A stretch of DNA of 55,987 bases, counting the filler, from Dugesia japonica (taxonomy: Eukaryota), in NCBI GenBank assembly GCA_001938525.1. It is 6 parts of 6 records of this genome, joined end to end, with 100 filler letters (N's around TTAATTAATTAA, not from the genome) between each part and the next. Parts side by side here need not be neighbours in the genome. Positions count along the whole stretch, not along the records: positions 20,550 to 30,022 come from MQRL01563999.1; positions 30,123 to 38,654 come from MQRL01615172.1; positions 38,755 to 47,301 come from MQRL01496774.1; 3 more parts are not named here. One strand, given 5' to 3'. This document shows positions 25,973-39,696 of this stretch, piece by piece (the first letter of the stretch is position 1; each line of letters opens with the position of its first letter). The notes beneath the pieces were generated by a model. It made no database searches. It saw only the letters and a list, made by a program, of their open reading frames with translations, and was not told the DNA's origin. The translations under genes and the position numbers were made by a program.

Positions 25973-26970
25973 NNNNNNNNNNNNNNNNNNNNNNNNNNNN
26001 NNNNNNNNNNNNNNNNNNNNNNNNNNNNNNGTTTAATAAATATATTTGAATAATAATTTTATTTTATTTTTCTTGCATTATTTATATCAAAACTTAGAAG
26101 TAATAAGTAATTATAATATTCTTTTTTTAATCGTGTATTATATGGTTTATTTACACAATAACCATGTATTTATACATGTTATGTTCACAATAATAAATAA
26201 TAATAGGATTTAAATAAATAGGTTTATTTAAATAGAGTACTTGTGTTTCTTAGTATTATTAAAAATAAATAATGAAGACCTTTTAATAAAACATATATTT
26301 GTTTATAATACAAATACATGCAAATAGATTTTTATGTGTAATGTTGCTTCTTTTATTATAAACTGTTATCTAGTGTTCTCCACATAAATTTGTTGAATGA
26401 ATATTGACGATTAAGGCATTTTTTACCGAAATAAGGTGATTTAAGTAACATTGATGTACTCCGTTTAATCTAAATAGAATTAATCAATAAATTAAACAAT
26501 AACTCTTACTTTATTACAAATATATCAAGAATGCATAGCATTGTTTACACCAATACTGTTCCGTTTTCTTTAATCTGAAATTCTTTTTCAAATACTCCAT
26601 AAATGTAAACAATTTTTACTTCGATTGTGTTATTTTTTTTTCTTTTTCCAATTGATCTGTCTGATTTCTTCACACGTGTCGTCCCTTAAACAGTAATCTC
26701 CACAAAATATTTGATTAGCAACGATCCTCTCTGTTAATAAGCTAATTCCGGATAACAATGAGCTTTTCTGTTCCAATAAGTGACTTTGTTCTGCTCCAAT
26801 AATCTGACCTTTAAAGTTTTTAATAAAATTTCTGCTTATTTTTTACAAAAATTCACCTTAATTTTAAAGGTCAGATTATTGGAGCAGAACAAAGTCACTT
26901 ATTGGAACAGAAAAGCTAATTTTATTAAAAATTTTAAAGGTGAATTTTTGAAAAAAATAAGCCGATGTTG

Positions 26971-27960
26971 CTAAAGCTTTCGCAAACTTAATTGACTCTG
27001 ATTTATTCCACAATTCATATTCTTATCCAAATATCCCATATTTCGTACTATAGTTTGCATATATGTTGTGGCATAATTATCGTTTGCAAAATCCTGAGTA
27101 TATATTTCTCGATGATTGGTGTTTTTCGTCAAGGAAACGGACAGAGCATCTAAATTTTGATATGTTGAACTTGAGCTTATATTCCTTATAAAACGATGAA
27201 CTATCTTTACTAATTGTAAATGCAACGACTTCTTTAGTTCTTATTGGGTAAACAGCATTTCGCTTTTTTAGACTCATTTGATGAGCAATTAGTACTGAGG
27301 ATTCAACGTGTACACGTCTAACCATTAATTTTGCATCTAGTAATACATATCTTGGTTTAGTAGCTGCAGATTCCAAACAAATCTTAGTAGGTGATCGTTT
27401 CAATCGAATATGAACATTGACACCTGGAATAAGGTATTTTGGTTGATCCATGAAATCAAGTTGCAATGAACCGCATAGAACCAATTGTTTTGATATTTTA
27501 ATAGACTTCTTTCTATCTGCTTCTGAACCATATTTCATTGCTGCAAGATATTTATTCTTGCTATCATCGTTATAATTTAATATAGTTTCAATTATTGCTT
27601 TATGAAGATAAGATCCATTTCCACCTTCAATTTTGAAATATATTAAGCGAAAGAATTACATCCTTAAAAAGCGCATGCAGCATATAATTACTAGGAACTG
27701 CATCATGAGTGTCATTCAAATCTTTACCAGCCTTATCAACCACCTTCACTTTAATATACAATAAAGTATCATTCAAATCCAAATATTNTGTTTGAGATCC
27801 ATAAAGAAAAAACTCTACATCACTTTGTGATTCAGAAATTGAATTCATAGAAAAGACATCTTCAAAAGTATCACTTTGAACTACAGCTTGTGGAGATGGT
27901 CGATCAAAAATACATAGTTCAGTTTTACCGCAAATCATTTTTCAAAGATTGTTCCATGTC
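26971..27960 (-). pseudogene. Maverick/Polinton major capsid protein (PY, double jelly-roll), fragmented
   Basis: KTELCIFDRPSPQAVV...DVEFFLYGSQTxYLDLNDTLLYIKVKV...LQLDFMDQPKYLIPGVNVHIRLKRS...AVYPI match recalled Polinton MCP motifs. Contains frameshifts and an internal deletion. Confidence 0.85.
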
Positions 27961-27964
27961 CTGT

Positions 27965-28377
27965 CATTCGTTTGTATAAACTGGATCCATGAGATTTCTG
28001 ACGTTTTCTACTATTTTGTGGTGTTTGGACTTGATTTGATAGCATATTTGTTATTTCAGATGGTATTTTATTAGTTATGCTTTGCGGTAATATAATTTCT
28101 ACTTTTGGAATCATACTAATTACTCTACTAGGTTAGGAAGAAACTACATTATCAAGTGCAGCTAATGGATTAGATTTCAATGTTGGTAGTATTTTTCCAT
28201 TATTAGTTAGAACATTCTGAGCTGTTTTCATATCAGAAGAACTAATACGTCTAAGAATAAGCAAAGCAAAACTCCCTTTGTTCGAAACCAACCAGATACA
28301 TAAAGTTTTTCGAGAAAGTAAGGTAATTCTCCACCTGCTTGACTAGTACTATACAATGATACAATATCAGGGTTCAT
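27965..28377 (-). pseudogene. Maverick small core-like protein lying between penton and MCP
   Basis: MNPDIVSLYSTSQAGGELPYF has a QxGG motif like adenain-type cleavage sites. Position in the capsid module fits. Frameshifted. Confidence 0.55.
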
Positions 28378-28379
28378 TA

Positions 28380-29482
28380 TTAATTTTTCTAAAATGTAAC
28401 ATTAAATGTGTTTTTGAATCTTCAGCAAAGTTGACTAGTTTTCAACTATCATCACGTATATAAATTTCTATATTGTTTATATATGACGAAAAAGTAGGTA
28501 AATATATTGAATGATCAACAATTATTTGTATTATCTCATCATTCTCATGTTTTTCTATCCATATTGCTTTCAATAAGGAAACATTAACATCTCCAACAAT
28601 TATAGGTTCAACAATACTACAATAGATGAACATTTTATTATAAAACTTTAATATTGTAGGTTTTTTATTACTTTTATATGATATTTCTTTATCATTCAAT
28701 TGTATTCGAGTATATTCAGAGTCTTTTAATCCTAATGTTTTTGTTAAGATTTTATCGAATTTACCACTTTTAGTTCTAGTTGCTAATGCAAATTCAAATA
28801 GTTCATCTTGCTTTAAGGAAAACGATTTAAATAACCGTGGAAGATGTTTCTTAAAATAGACATTTAGTTGATTTAAATCCTTTATATACATTTCAGATTT
28901 AAATTGAAAAGAATTTTTAGTTACAATCAGATAAAAATATTTAATTTTTATTTTTTCGATGGCTTCGTCGTTTTTAAAATGTTGAAAGCCAAAGAAAAAA
29001 TGTTGTATGTCCAAAATTTTTACTAGTATCAAAAACTAATTTAATATCCGCACTTACATATTCATCACTAAAATGTGTAAATCTTTCTAAAGTTTCCTTA
29101 GTATCAAAGAATAAACTGTGGTATGTATTATCACTAGTAAAGATTAAAACATTTTCTTTCGATAATTTTATAACTGTTTCAGTATTATTTTTATATTGGT
29201 CTTTACTATTAATAGTTAAAAGAACTTTTTTTCTTTATTGTTAACATCGAGTATTATTTCCTTTTCAATTAGTTTAAATAATTCATATTCAATTCTAGAT
29301 TGACTGTAAATCAGCTTGGCTGAATATACAAAGGTGAAATCCATCAATTCAACTTCCCATCTACTTTTCATGTAAATTGGATTTTGAAGTTCAACAATGT
29401 AATTACTAGCAGTATTATTTGTATGAACTAACGGACTACTAATACTAGGTAGAAAAGTATAGAAATTATTTGATTTCATCAA
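28380..29482 (-). pseudogene. Maverick/Polinton minor capsid (penton, PX), fragmented
   Basis: N-terminal FYTFLPSISSPLVHTNNTASNYIVELQNPIYMKSRWEVELMDF and C-terminal MFIYCSIVEPIIVGDVNVSLL...YLP...INNIEIYIRD. Confidence 0.85.
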
Positions 29483-30122
29483 AATTTTTGTCTTGGTTTA
29501 CTATTTGTGTTACTTATATCTCACTTTCTCTGTTGTTATTCAGAAATATTAAATTACAATTAATACGATATTTTGACATTATTCTACACTCGTTTTTGCG
29601 ATTTTCAATAGCAACGAAATCAGTTTCAATAAACTTTTCTTTGTAAATACTTGTTCCGAAAAAAACGTTATTAAAGAAACATTCAAAGTTATCATGATAA
29701 TTTAGTAACTGTGAATTCATTAAATTGACCATAAACAATGTTTTTGGAACTGCTGATTTCTGAATTGTGTATTTACGAAAACTTTTCTCCTTGTATGTAT
29801 CAATAAAAACGACTGAATCTTCAAGTAAATCAAGCTTCAAATTTCATTAGAACTAACCCCCGGGATTTACATTGCAAAATACAAAGATCATATTGCTTGA
29901 TGGATTATCAATAGAAACAAATTCTCTAATCTCTATCTCAAACCTCACTAAAATATTTGTTTATAGTATAATTTTGGTTCGTCAAGTTAGTTTTAGAGCC
30001 TTCAAATTTATATATATATATANNNNNNNNNNNNNNNNNNNNNNNNNNNNNNNNNNNNNNNNNNNNTTAATTAATTAANNNNNNNNNNNNNNNNNNNNNN
30101 NNNNNNNNNNNNNNNNNNNNNN

Positions 30123-30166
<44 letters not shown>

Positions 30167-30219
30167 TTAAATGATCACGGGATAAAAATAGCTTTTAGTA
30201 GTTAGATGGTGGCGCACTA

Positions 30220-31040
30220 GCTCACTCATTCCTCGCCCGTGAGTTATGATTTATGTGGCTTTAAAATTTTGCATTTAGACGACAAATTTAAGTTTAATTT
30301 TCTTTTCATTTAGACTTCAATTGGCTCAGAATTTGGTGGGAGTTTTGATTTTCAATACAGAATGTATGCGGATAAAAATGGTTGCATTGAATTTGGTATC
30401 ATTCAACTTGGAATAACAGATCTTCTTATACATTGTTAAACCTTTTCTGGGCCGGCTTTTTAAAGAAATGTTTTTTTAAAAAAATATTTATTTATTAATA
30501 GTAAAAATCAATTAAAAGTTAAAATCTCTTTTTCATCTAAATCATGTCATTTTACTATGCTTGGCGATGGACCTTTGTCATTCTGACGCTGATATAAAGT
30601 AGTTTCTTTGGTAATATGTTTTAAAACTTCATTTTCCAATTACAATTATTACGAGAATAATTGTTGGACATAACCATTGATCGTTTTTCTAGAATTCATT
30701 AAAATAAAAGCTTCGATAAAAATTCTTTTTTGTTTATGATAATAATTCTTTTTTTTCGACGTTGTTTTCGTTAGGAATTGACTTTTAGGGTAAATTCATG
30801 ACGAAGACAATGTCGAAAATTAGAATTATTATCAAAAACAAAAACATTTTGACTGAAGCTTTTATTTTAATGAATTTTAAAACTTCTTTATCAAAGAAAT
30901 ATCTAAATAATCTAATTAGAGAATTTCTTATACCTTGAATGCATTCATTTATTCCTGAATATTCTTGAAATATAAATTGATTGGGTTGAAAATAACCATT
31001 TTGCCAATTATTCACTAATGATGATGAAGATGTTTCTTGA
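30220..31040 (-). mobile_element. piggyBac transposase N-terminal remnant, interrupted by a Penelope-type insertion
   Basis: LFRYFFDKEVLK|HITKETTLYQ is restored across the insertion and matches the PGBD F..FF....L..I..ETN.Y motif. Confidence 0.6.
30631..30874. mobile_element. Second palindromic Penelope-type insertion with decayed hammerheads
   Basis: Same CAATTATTxCGAGAATAATTGTTGGACATAACCATTGATCG end as at 17748. 12-bp TSD TTTTAAAACTTC at 30619-30630 and 30875-30886. Mutated core ATGACGAAGACAATGTCGAAA. Confidence 0.75.
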
Positions 31041-31066
31041 TGGGAATAGCCTTCTTCATAATATAT

Positions 31067-32760
31067 TTATGTATCTGATGAACGCTTATCATTTTTAATT
31101 AATATAAGAGTTGAAAAACTTTGCTCATATACAAATGTCGTCGAAAATGGAAGAAGTGTTAAGATAGCTTTGTCTGAAATGCGAGGATATTCTTTTTTAA
31201 AGTAAATCCAAAAAGCATCTAGTGGAACTTCGGAAAAGTTAAGTTTTAATATCATGATATTATTTTAATCTGTAAATTCTTCTCGAATTTGCAGAAGCAG
31301 TGCTTCTGTAGATTTTACTGTATTTTTTGCAAAAGGATTTCGAATCCAATCGTATTGTTCCGTATTTATGGTATAAAAATATTGATCAAATTTATNCTGA
31401 AGCATACTTGAATGTTCTTGGGCCAGATTCAGAATTAGCTGTTTGCTTTTAATTGTATTATGATTGGTCCATTTGAACATTTCCAAACATTCTTTTTGCA
31501 ACTCTTTCGCCAAAGTTCGAGTTTTATTTTCAACCCCTGTAATTTGTCGGAGCTCGTCAATATATTTTCATTTCGACCTTGCATTTTTTATTAAGTTCAT
31601 TCAAATGCTCGAATATATCAGCCATGTATGCAAGTTTGGCTATCCAGTAATCATCATCGATGTGTTGGTATAGTTCAAGCATATTTTGATTTAAAAGAAA
31701 TTCACGCACCTCGGAACGAAGCTCAAAAAATCTAGCCAAAACATTGCATTGGGATAGCCAACGAATTTTAGTATAAAACCGTAAGGATTCATATTCGGAT
31801 CCAATTTCTGCACAAAGTATTCCAAAGATTCGTGAGTTTAGGGATCTTGATTTAATTATGTTAAATATTTTAATGCAATTAGTCATCGTGCTCAAAAATT
31901 CCTCCCGGCAAATTCTTGACCATTAATGCTTCTCAATGTATGCAGCAGTGTGTAAATTGTAACGTAGGATTTTTTTGTTTTACACAAGAAATAAAACCTG
32001 TTTTACTAGCCGTCATTGACACAGCGCAATCCGTGCAAACAGAAATGCAGTTGCTCCATTGGATATTATATCTTTTGAAAAAATCATCGATTAATTGAAA
32101 ACTTTCTTCACCGGTAGTTTACTCTGGAACCTTCTTACAAAATCAATAATGTTCTTTAATAAAGTCCTCGTCAACGAAACGTACAATAGTTATCAGCTGT
32201 GCTTTAATTTTAATATCGGTTGTTTGGTCGACCTAAAATGAAAATTTTTCAGCTAATAACAGTTTTTTTATCAGTGTTCCTAAAATATTGCCTGACATAT
32301 CGTGAATACGTCTTTTCACAGTATCAGCAGACAATGAAACTTTGCTTACTTCCTTAACTTCATTGGGCCCAAGCATAAGTCGAACCATTTCCCTGCATAC
32401 TGGTTTAATCAGTCTTTCACCGATAGTATGTGGTTTCTTCTGACGTGCAATTAACTTTGCAAGATGGTAGCTAGCTTCTAACGTCTTTTTAGAAACTATA
32501 ACGACTGATTTCACAAATTTCTTCTGTTTTTTTAATTTTGTTGTAAGCGCCTCTTAAAATATTGACTCTCTTCTTTGGCGTAGCTAGGATGGTTTGAATT
32601 TAGATGGCGATTTAATTGCCTCATTTGATAGCTGTTCGCCGCAAATGACGTACAGTGGTTTTGAAGCCTTTTCGTCACCACACCACGAGAATCCATATTT
32701 AATGTAGTCTTCGTCGTATTTTCTTTTCACTATCTTCTTCTAACACTGGTTGCGGAGCAC
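31067..32760 (-). mobile_element. hAT transposase (Buster/Charlie, SCAND3/ZBED8-like), near full length but decayed
   Basis: KRKYDEDYIKYGF, ASYHLAKLIARQKKPHTIGERLIKP, SLSADTVKRRI, KIRWLS, LAYMADIFEHLNELN and LLPFSTTFVYEQSFS (hAT dimerisation domain). Confidence 0.9.
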
Positions 32761-33049
32761 CGATTTAAGTTATTAAATGTCTACAAGAACTTAAAGTCAT
32801 GACAAATTTCAACCTTTCTCGAAAAGCGAGTTTATAACGAGATTTCCAAAACAGTTAGTTTATTGAGTATTTGTTTGTAGTGTAACTCAACCGCTGCGCC
32901 ATCATTGAATTTTCTTTTAATATCAAATGTTGCATGAATAGAGAATTTTCAGCATATTCCTTACTATCTCAGATCACCTTTTCGCAACGCAATGATTTTA
33001 TTGAATTTATTAAAGAATCTATATTCCTCTGCTTTAACGTCTAATGTAG

Positions 33050-34680
33050 CATCCCTTGCTTCAACCAATAGATTTGTGTACTGTACTGTTGTAATAATAG
33101 TAAGCCAAATTAAATTCATTACTACAATTTCATATCCCAATGTGAATTTTAACAACGACTATCAGGTATATTTTATTTCTGTAGATTAATGTAGATTTGA
33201 ATCAACTTCTTTTAGTACTAAATTAATAAGATTCAAAGAAGTCACAATCAATTTTGCGGCATTAAATCGAACATACCATCTTGTTTTTTATACATTAGTA
33301 AGAGATGTTTTACAGTGTTTCTTAAAGAAAGCCCAGCGAGATGTTGATGATGAGAAAAAATTCGAAAGTGATTGAAATTTTGCAAAAGAATTCGTCGATT
33401 AAGTGCAACACATATTTGCATCATTTTCAACCAAATTGAGTGTAAAAATGCCACAAAGAGAGAAAATTCAGGATTTGAATCTTTAAGTATAGCTTTGACA
33501 CCAATATTGATTCCTGACATTGAACTAGAGTTGTCAAAACTTCCAGTTACACAATTATTCATTATTAATTATCGATCCTCAAGAGATTTCTTTATGTTGA
33601 TCGAAATTTGTTTACCAGTGTTTCCGTAAAACTAGTAAAATCAAATAAATCTTTCTTAAACCAATGCGTGAACAATTGAAAATTGGTCACTGTGTCATCG
33701 ATCTGGAGGGCTGTCAGCAATTATAGAAAAATATTTTGCATTTTTAATTACCGAAATAATTTTTTTCTCCACATATTTTGATGAACTCATTTTGTATATA
33801 ATTAGAAAGATAATGAATTTGGAGCCCTTTTCCTTCGATTTTGAGGATTTGGAACCTTTATAACATGTTCATTGAGAACCACATCATAGTTGATTAATAA
33901 CTCGGTAATTACCGAAACGTTTCCATTTGACGGGTCTCCAAGTTTAAAGGAATCTGCAAAAAACGTGAGGCCACGTTCAACAAGAAATAAAATTACATCC
34001 AGAATCCGTCTCAAGATTTACTTCCATTTTCCTGTTTTATAATGATTCAATTTGTGTTTCGTTCTTCTCAGCAGATATATTATTTTCCCAATGGACATAA
34101 CTCTTTAAATGAGAGTTTCAAGTTTCATGCCTGCGAATTTTATCTTTTAATTTTCGCCAAACTTTATCACGATTCCAACCTTTTGTAAAATTGCTTTCTA
34201 ATTCATTCGAAAATTATCAGCATGCATAATAAATGGATTTCATCGAATTGCTATAACAAATCCAATCACGAGATGTCTTTTCGTCATTCTGAAATGTTTT
34301 ATTAAAAATGTGAACTGGGAAATTTTTATTGTCGATATCAATTGGAAGAATTTCAGAAATTATGCGTTTAATATTTGAGAATCAATTTCTGATATTCAGA
34401 TCATTTGACTAAATAAAACCGATATCAAAAACTGCTTTTGAAACTAAATAATGATCGTTTTGTAAATCATTAGACGTGTTTTGATCTCTGAATTTGCTGA
34501 ATTGTCATATTCTTGAATCATTCCATCTACCAAATCGTCATTAACAGATTTGATTGGAGATTTCACAGAATTCTCGATGTGACTTGTTTTTGTCAAAATG
34601 ATCTGATTTTAGAATATTGATCTATTGCTTCCTTTCGTTTTTTGCACACTTTTTTCTGCAACACTCTTGTGTCGTTTCAT
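33050..34680 (-). mobile_element. hAT transposase remnant (ZMYM1-like/Tip100 type)
   Basis: RILDVILFLVERGLTF...GNV..I.ELL..YD.VL.EH, KYFSIIADSPPD and SFDNSSSMSGINIGVKA. Confidence 0.8.
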
Positions 34681-35039
34681 CTAAATTAAACATTAATTAA
34701 GTAAGGCGATAAATTTAATTTAAATATATTAAAAACCTTATGATCCCATTTTATGGTTAAGATTAAAAAATTTGAAAAAAACAATGTAAATAATATAGGT
34801 TGGTTAATTAATCTGACGCTATTTTAATGAGCTTTACGCTAATTTAATGAACTTTATTCAGTTTAGTACCGAAAATTTAAAAATCATATTTCAACCGGAA
34901 ACGTTTGAAATAAGGAAAGCTGTTTCATTTCATTTGACAAATAACAATTAAATTGCAATGAAATTTAAAATTTTCTTTCAAATTCCACACAAGTTGAAAA
35001 TAAAATATTATGTCTCTCCTGTTGTTTCATTTGGGTGAT

Positions 35040-35151
35040 GCTTCAAAATATAATTCACTCCGCTTGATGAATTTCTCAATATCATCTCCTCTGTAGAACA
35101 AATTTGACAAACACCTATCTGTAATAAAATCGATATTTAGCGCTGCCACCA
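35040..35151 (-). mobile_element. Gypsy leader fragment: tRNA-Leu-type primer-binding site plus gag start
   Basis: Minus strand TGGTGGCAGCG (35151-35141) is complementary to a tRNA-Leu 3' end. It is followed by FYRGDDIEKFIKR. Confidence 0.6.
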
Positions 35152-36075
35152 GGTTAGGTAAATCTTCAATTGGTAATTAATTTTCCAAATCACAAATAAT
35201 ATTTTTAGACATCATTTAATTCACTACTAAAACAAATATTAATAATCAGAATTAATTAAATATTAATATTCCTTTTAATAACTTTCTATTTGCTGACATT
35301 ATTAAATAATAATTATTTACTTATACTTTTATTTATATTTTTTATAGTCTTATGAAAAATATTGTCGGACAACTCAACAGTTCCATAAATTTCCAATGTA
35401 AAGGAAAAATCATTTGCCAGATAATCGATCAGGTTGAGTTAATTTTTTTAATTACAAAAAAAAGATTATTTCTCCCATAGATTCTTGAACCATATGTGTC
35501 TTCAATCGGATGTTCTGTCAAACAATGCCAACCTTACACCAATATTTTAACATGTGTATATAATAAAAGGTATTTTTCATACTTTTATTGAAAATTATTT
35601 TTTACTGATATTAAGATATATTCGGAGTTTTGGAAATTTTTACGTTTTTGAAAACGAGATTTGAAATAATTATATTAAAAATTAGCTTTAAATTTTAATT
35701 TTACAATTACAAGAATTATTGCGAGAATAATTGTTGAGCTTAACTATTTATCGCATTTGAGATTTCATTAAATAAAAAGTTTCAATCAAAATATTTGTTT
35801 CTTTTTATTTCTTTTTTAGTAGTTAATCGAATTTTAGACTATTTTCTTTTTCATGAATTAAAATTTTCGATTGATATAATCAATATTAAAATATTATAAA
35901 ACATATTACAAGTATAATCAATGTTATTAAAACATTTAAGTAATAAAATGTATTAAACAGTATTAATGCTATCTCTTTCTTAAAAGAATAATAAACTCGT
36001 TCTCCGATATCATCCTCTATATTATTGACATGACTACTTTTACTATAAATATTGACATTTTGGGGATCACCCATT

Positions 36076-36950
36076 AGATTTTGAGTTCTACTGCTCCCTT
36101 ATTGGCGGAGCCTCTCTGTTTGGGTTTTTCCTTGGTTCATATACGTTTGCGTCATATTTGTTGTCACCATATCTACAGTCTTCATATATATCGCTGTCAT
36201 ATTCCTAGTTACTCGTCTCATAATTTTTCACTGTATTGATGTTAACATGTCTACCCCAAAATGAGAGCTTTTTGTTAACCTCATTTCTCTTATTTTTCGA
36301 AAGATATTCATTCCATCTATTGTATTCCATCTTTATGAAACAGTCTTCGGTTTTATGACCATTCTTTTTTCATTTCCCGACCTTTATATTGTTGCACCGC
36401 CTTCTCATATGCCTTAAAATTCTACATGCGTAGCATATACGAAGATCTCTGTCTGCGCACTCCCGCTATACGTGTCCCAGCTTTAACAGTTCAATCTTTC
36501 TACTTTCTCTGTTCTGAACTCCTTTCCGACATTTGGGCCTTTGAAGATGGATTCCTGCATCCTTGGTACTGTTCCTCTTGGTTCCGTGTATAATGCCTCC
36601 TTGTAGCTACGCATCACGGTTATTCCTTCTATCTTTTTGGTGATTCTTAAAACGTCTCTAATAATTTCTTTTATTTCTTTTGAGTCGAAAGCCTTTTTCA
36701 TCAGAATTTCTTTCTTTGCTTTCTTTGTTTATCAAGAGTGCTGCTAATAACGATATTTTTGACAGATTATGACTAAGCAGTTTATCTGCCAGTTTTCTAC
36801 GTCGTGGAAGAATACCTAATTTTTAGTGTTACCCTGTTACTATGTGTTACTCTCAGTGTTACTCTGTATCGAATGAATTCTTCTAGGACTTCACAAACGT
36901 TTCTTGGTCTTTCCACCAGTAGCCGTAGTCCTATTTAATCCTCCTTGACC
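36076..36950 (-). mobile_element. Probable Gypsy gag remnant
   Basis: GC-richer block with PBS-like TGGTGGAAAGACC near 36918 and a decayed knuckle tail GHKTEDC. Confidence 0.45.
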
Positions 36951-37695
36951 ATTCTCATTATAAATCATTTATTCAACACAATGTTTGTCGAAAATGAAAA
37001 AATTAAATCAGAAAAGTTTTAATATTCATAAAAATAAAGCGCAATAATTATTTTCTTTAAATATTTTAAATTTCTAAAATTATAAAAACACTTTTATTAG
37101 GCATAAAGGTTTGCAATTAAACAATTCAGATATCATTCTCACAACAATCTTATGATGTATTATTTAAATTTATTTACAAGAATATATATACCGACAAGAA
37201 TTTTAATAAAGAACTGTCTTTTTATTATGTCAACAAAATTGAAGGAAGGATGTTTGAAAACGTTTGACAATCTTTGGCAAGAAGGATGAGGGTGTTCAAG
37301 ATAAATTAACGTCAAACATTTTTTACGATAAATTTTATAAATCAAAAGAATTAGTTAAAATATAATTAATTTTTAGTGAAGGGTAAACATTTGTTGACAT
37401 AATTTTATTAAGGAGATCACTGGAAGTTTTACAGTTGTTGAAAAGAGAGAGGGAGGTGGTCAATAATTGCCTGAAAATTGTTGACGTAATTAATAAATTA
37501 AAACATAATTTTTATCTAAGCTTTTTACTTTATTGAAATTTTAATAATGCGATCTATAGTGAAGTCTAACAATTATTCTTCCAATCATTGTAATTTTAGA
37601 ATAATTGTAAAACATAAAAAATGAAATCAACTGGAAACTCTAAATGAAACATTCGATTAATGATTCTCTCATTGTAAAATTAGAAAAATTATATA

Positions 37696-38520
37696 CAGGG
37701 TGTTAGCTAAATATGGGGCAAAAATTTAAGGGATTATTCCTTGGATGTTTATACATTTAAATATATCATTATTTCTTTTCAAAATGATTTCGTTTCAAAA
37801 ATACATGCCTATAAAGATTTTAAAAACACAAATATTTTTTACAAATAATTTTAACTTAACAATCAATATATTAATAACACGAATACCAATAACAATATCA
37901 GTAATTTATATAAAATTTGTTGCAATGTATTCATTATANNNNNNNNNNNNNNNNNNNNNNNNNNNNNNNNNNNNNNNNNNNNNNNNNNNNNNNNNNNNNN
38001 NNNNNNNNNNNNNNNNNNNNNNNNNNNNNNTATAAAATAAATATTAAGAATATGCCTAAATCTCATATCACGAATCAATATACAAACTCCGAAAGGACGG
38101 ACATGCATTTTATGTATGGGTTAGCAAATGGGAATTCATTAAAGGTTAATCAGTTGTACGCCAAACAATTTCCAAAACGTCATGTTCCTGATAGGAAAAC
38201 TTTTGGAAGAATTCATTGACATCTTTACGAAACCGGACCGTTTAAACTCAATGGTGTACCAGGAAGACCAAAAACAGGAAGAATAATAGAAATTGAAGAA
38301 GATGTGTGTGAAGATTCACATACTTCAACTAGAATAATAGCAAACACATTAAATGTAAATAATTACACTGCGTGGAAAATGTTGAGGCAACTAAATTTTT
38401 TTCCATNCTACATTCAATACCATATCAAAAAATACCATAATGAATTTCCAAAATAATCATGTATGGGCTGAAGAAAATCCACATAATATACAATTATTTC
38501 ACTAATTTCGACATGTCTTC
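37696..38520 (+). mobile_element. Tc1-like transposon remnant (DUF4817-type HTH)
   Basis: TA|CAGGGTG terminus; YTNSERTDMHFMYGLANGNS...LYAKQFPKRHVPDRKTF..IH..L.ETG. Confidence 0.8.
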
Positions 38521-38754
38521 CACTTTTGGCTGCATCGAAAACACTTATTTGACAAGATGAAAATTTATCGGATCCCCTGAGGGGCTTTTTCACTACATAA
38601 CTCTTGAAGCTGATTAATAATTTCCTTATTACCAGTTCCCTTGATAAGTAAAAANNNNNNNNNNNNNNNNNNNNNNNNNNNNNNNNNNNNNNNNNNNNTT
38701 AATTAATTAANNNNNNNNNNNNNNNNNNNNNNNNNNNNNNNNNNNNNNNNNNNN

Positions 38755-38799
<45 letters not shown>

Positions 38800-39696
38800 G
38801 TAATAATAATAATAAGAATAATAATAATTATTATTTTTGTATTTTATTTAAATTTAAAATACACACACGCACACACATATATATTAATATTGATTTCTTT
38901 TTCAATTTGCTTTAATGTTTCTATTAAAACTTTCATTAACAAATAATTGAGTCAGATAATTTTGGAAAACTTAAGTAAATTAAATCCACCAAATCTCTCG
39001 CTAAAATATTTCTGTCTTAATGTAAAGTTATTAAATCTGGCAGATATCTGTATGACTAAATCCCTGTGGGTCAAAGATAACCAAATCAAACTATCAGATT
39101 TACATTAACTGTTCTATTTCTTAAATTGAGCAATGATTTATATAATTTAAACAAAACTTATTTTAGATCAAATAATTTCATTTTGTCAATTTGTAATTGA
39201 GTTTAATGAATATCGACTGTTGTTTATTAATTTAGACAAGAAACATTGAAATTTAGCAATCAATTATTATTATTTTTTAAAAGAAAATACAATTAATGAG
39301 AAAATGTTTGACAAAGTGCACAAAGATGTACAAAACACTGCTTTAATATAATCAGAATGAAAGAAATTCAGGATCTAGTAAACGATTTAAATGAAATTAA
39401 ACAAACAACAAAGATTATGTTGTTTTTTTTGTATTTTCCCGATTATAACTAACAATTTATGAGCATCAAATAATAATTAAACGAACCGATTGAATGAAGA
39501 TTATTAATATTGTTTAAATAAAGAAATAAAATACTTTAATTAATTAGAATAAGAGTTTCATTAAAACAAATATTATTTAAAATATTTTTTTATAAATGAA
39601 ATATAAATATTTTATTTTAATTTGCAATATATAAAACAAATAGTAATATTTTAATTGAAAAATTCTTAAAAATATTTTTTAAAAATAAAAATAATA

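Noticed and set aside
37200-37500. Possible PIF/Harbinger-type MITE (similar block at 2620-2730)
   Set aside because: The termini are too degenerate to define TIRs or a TSD.
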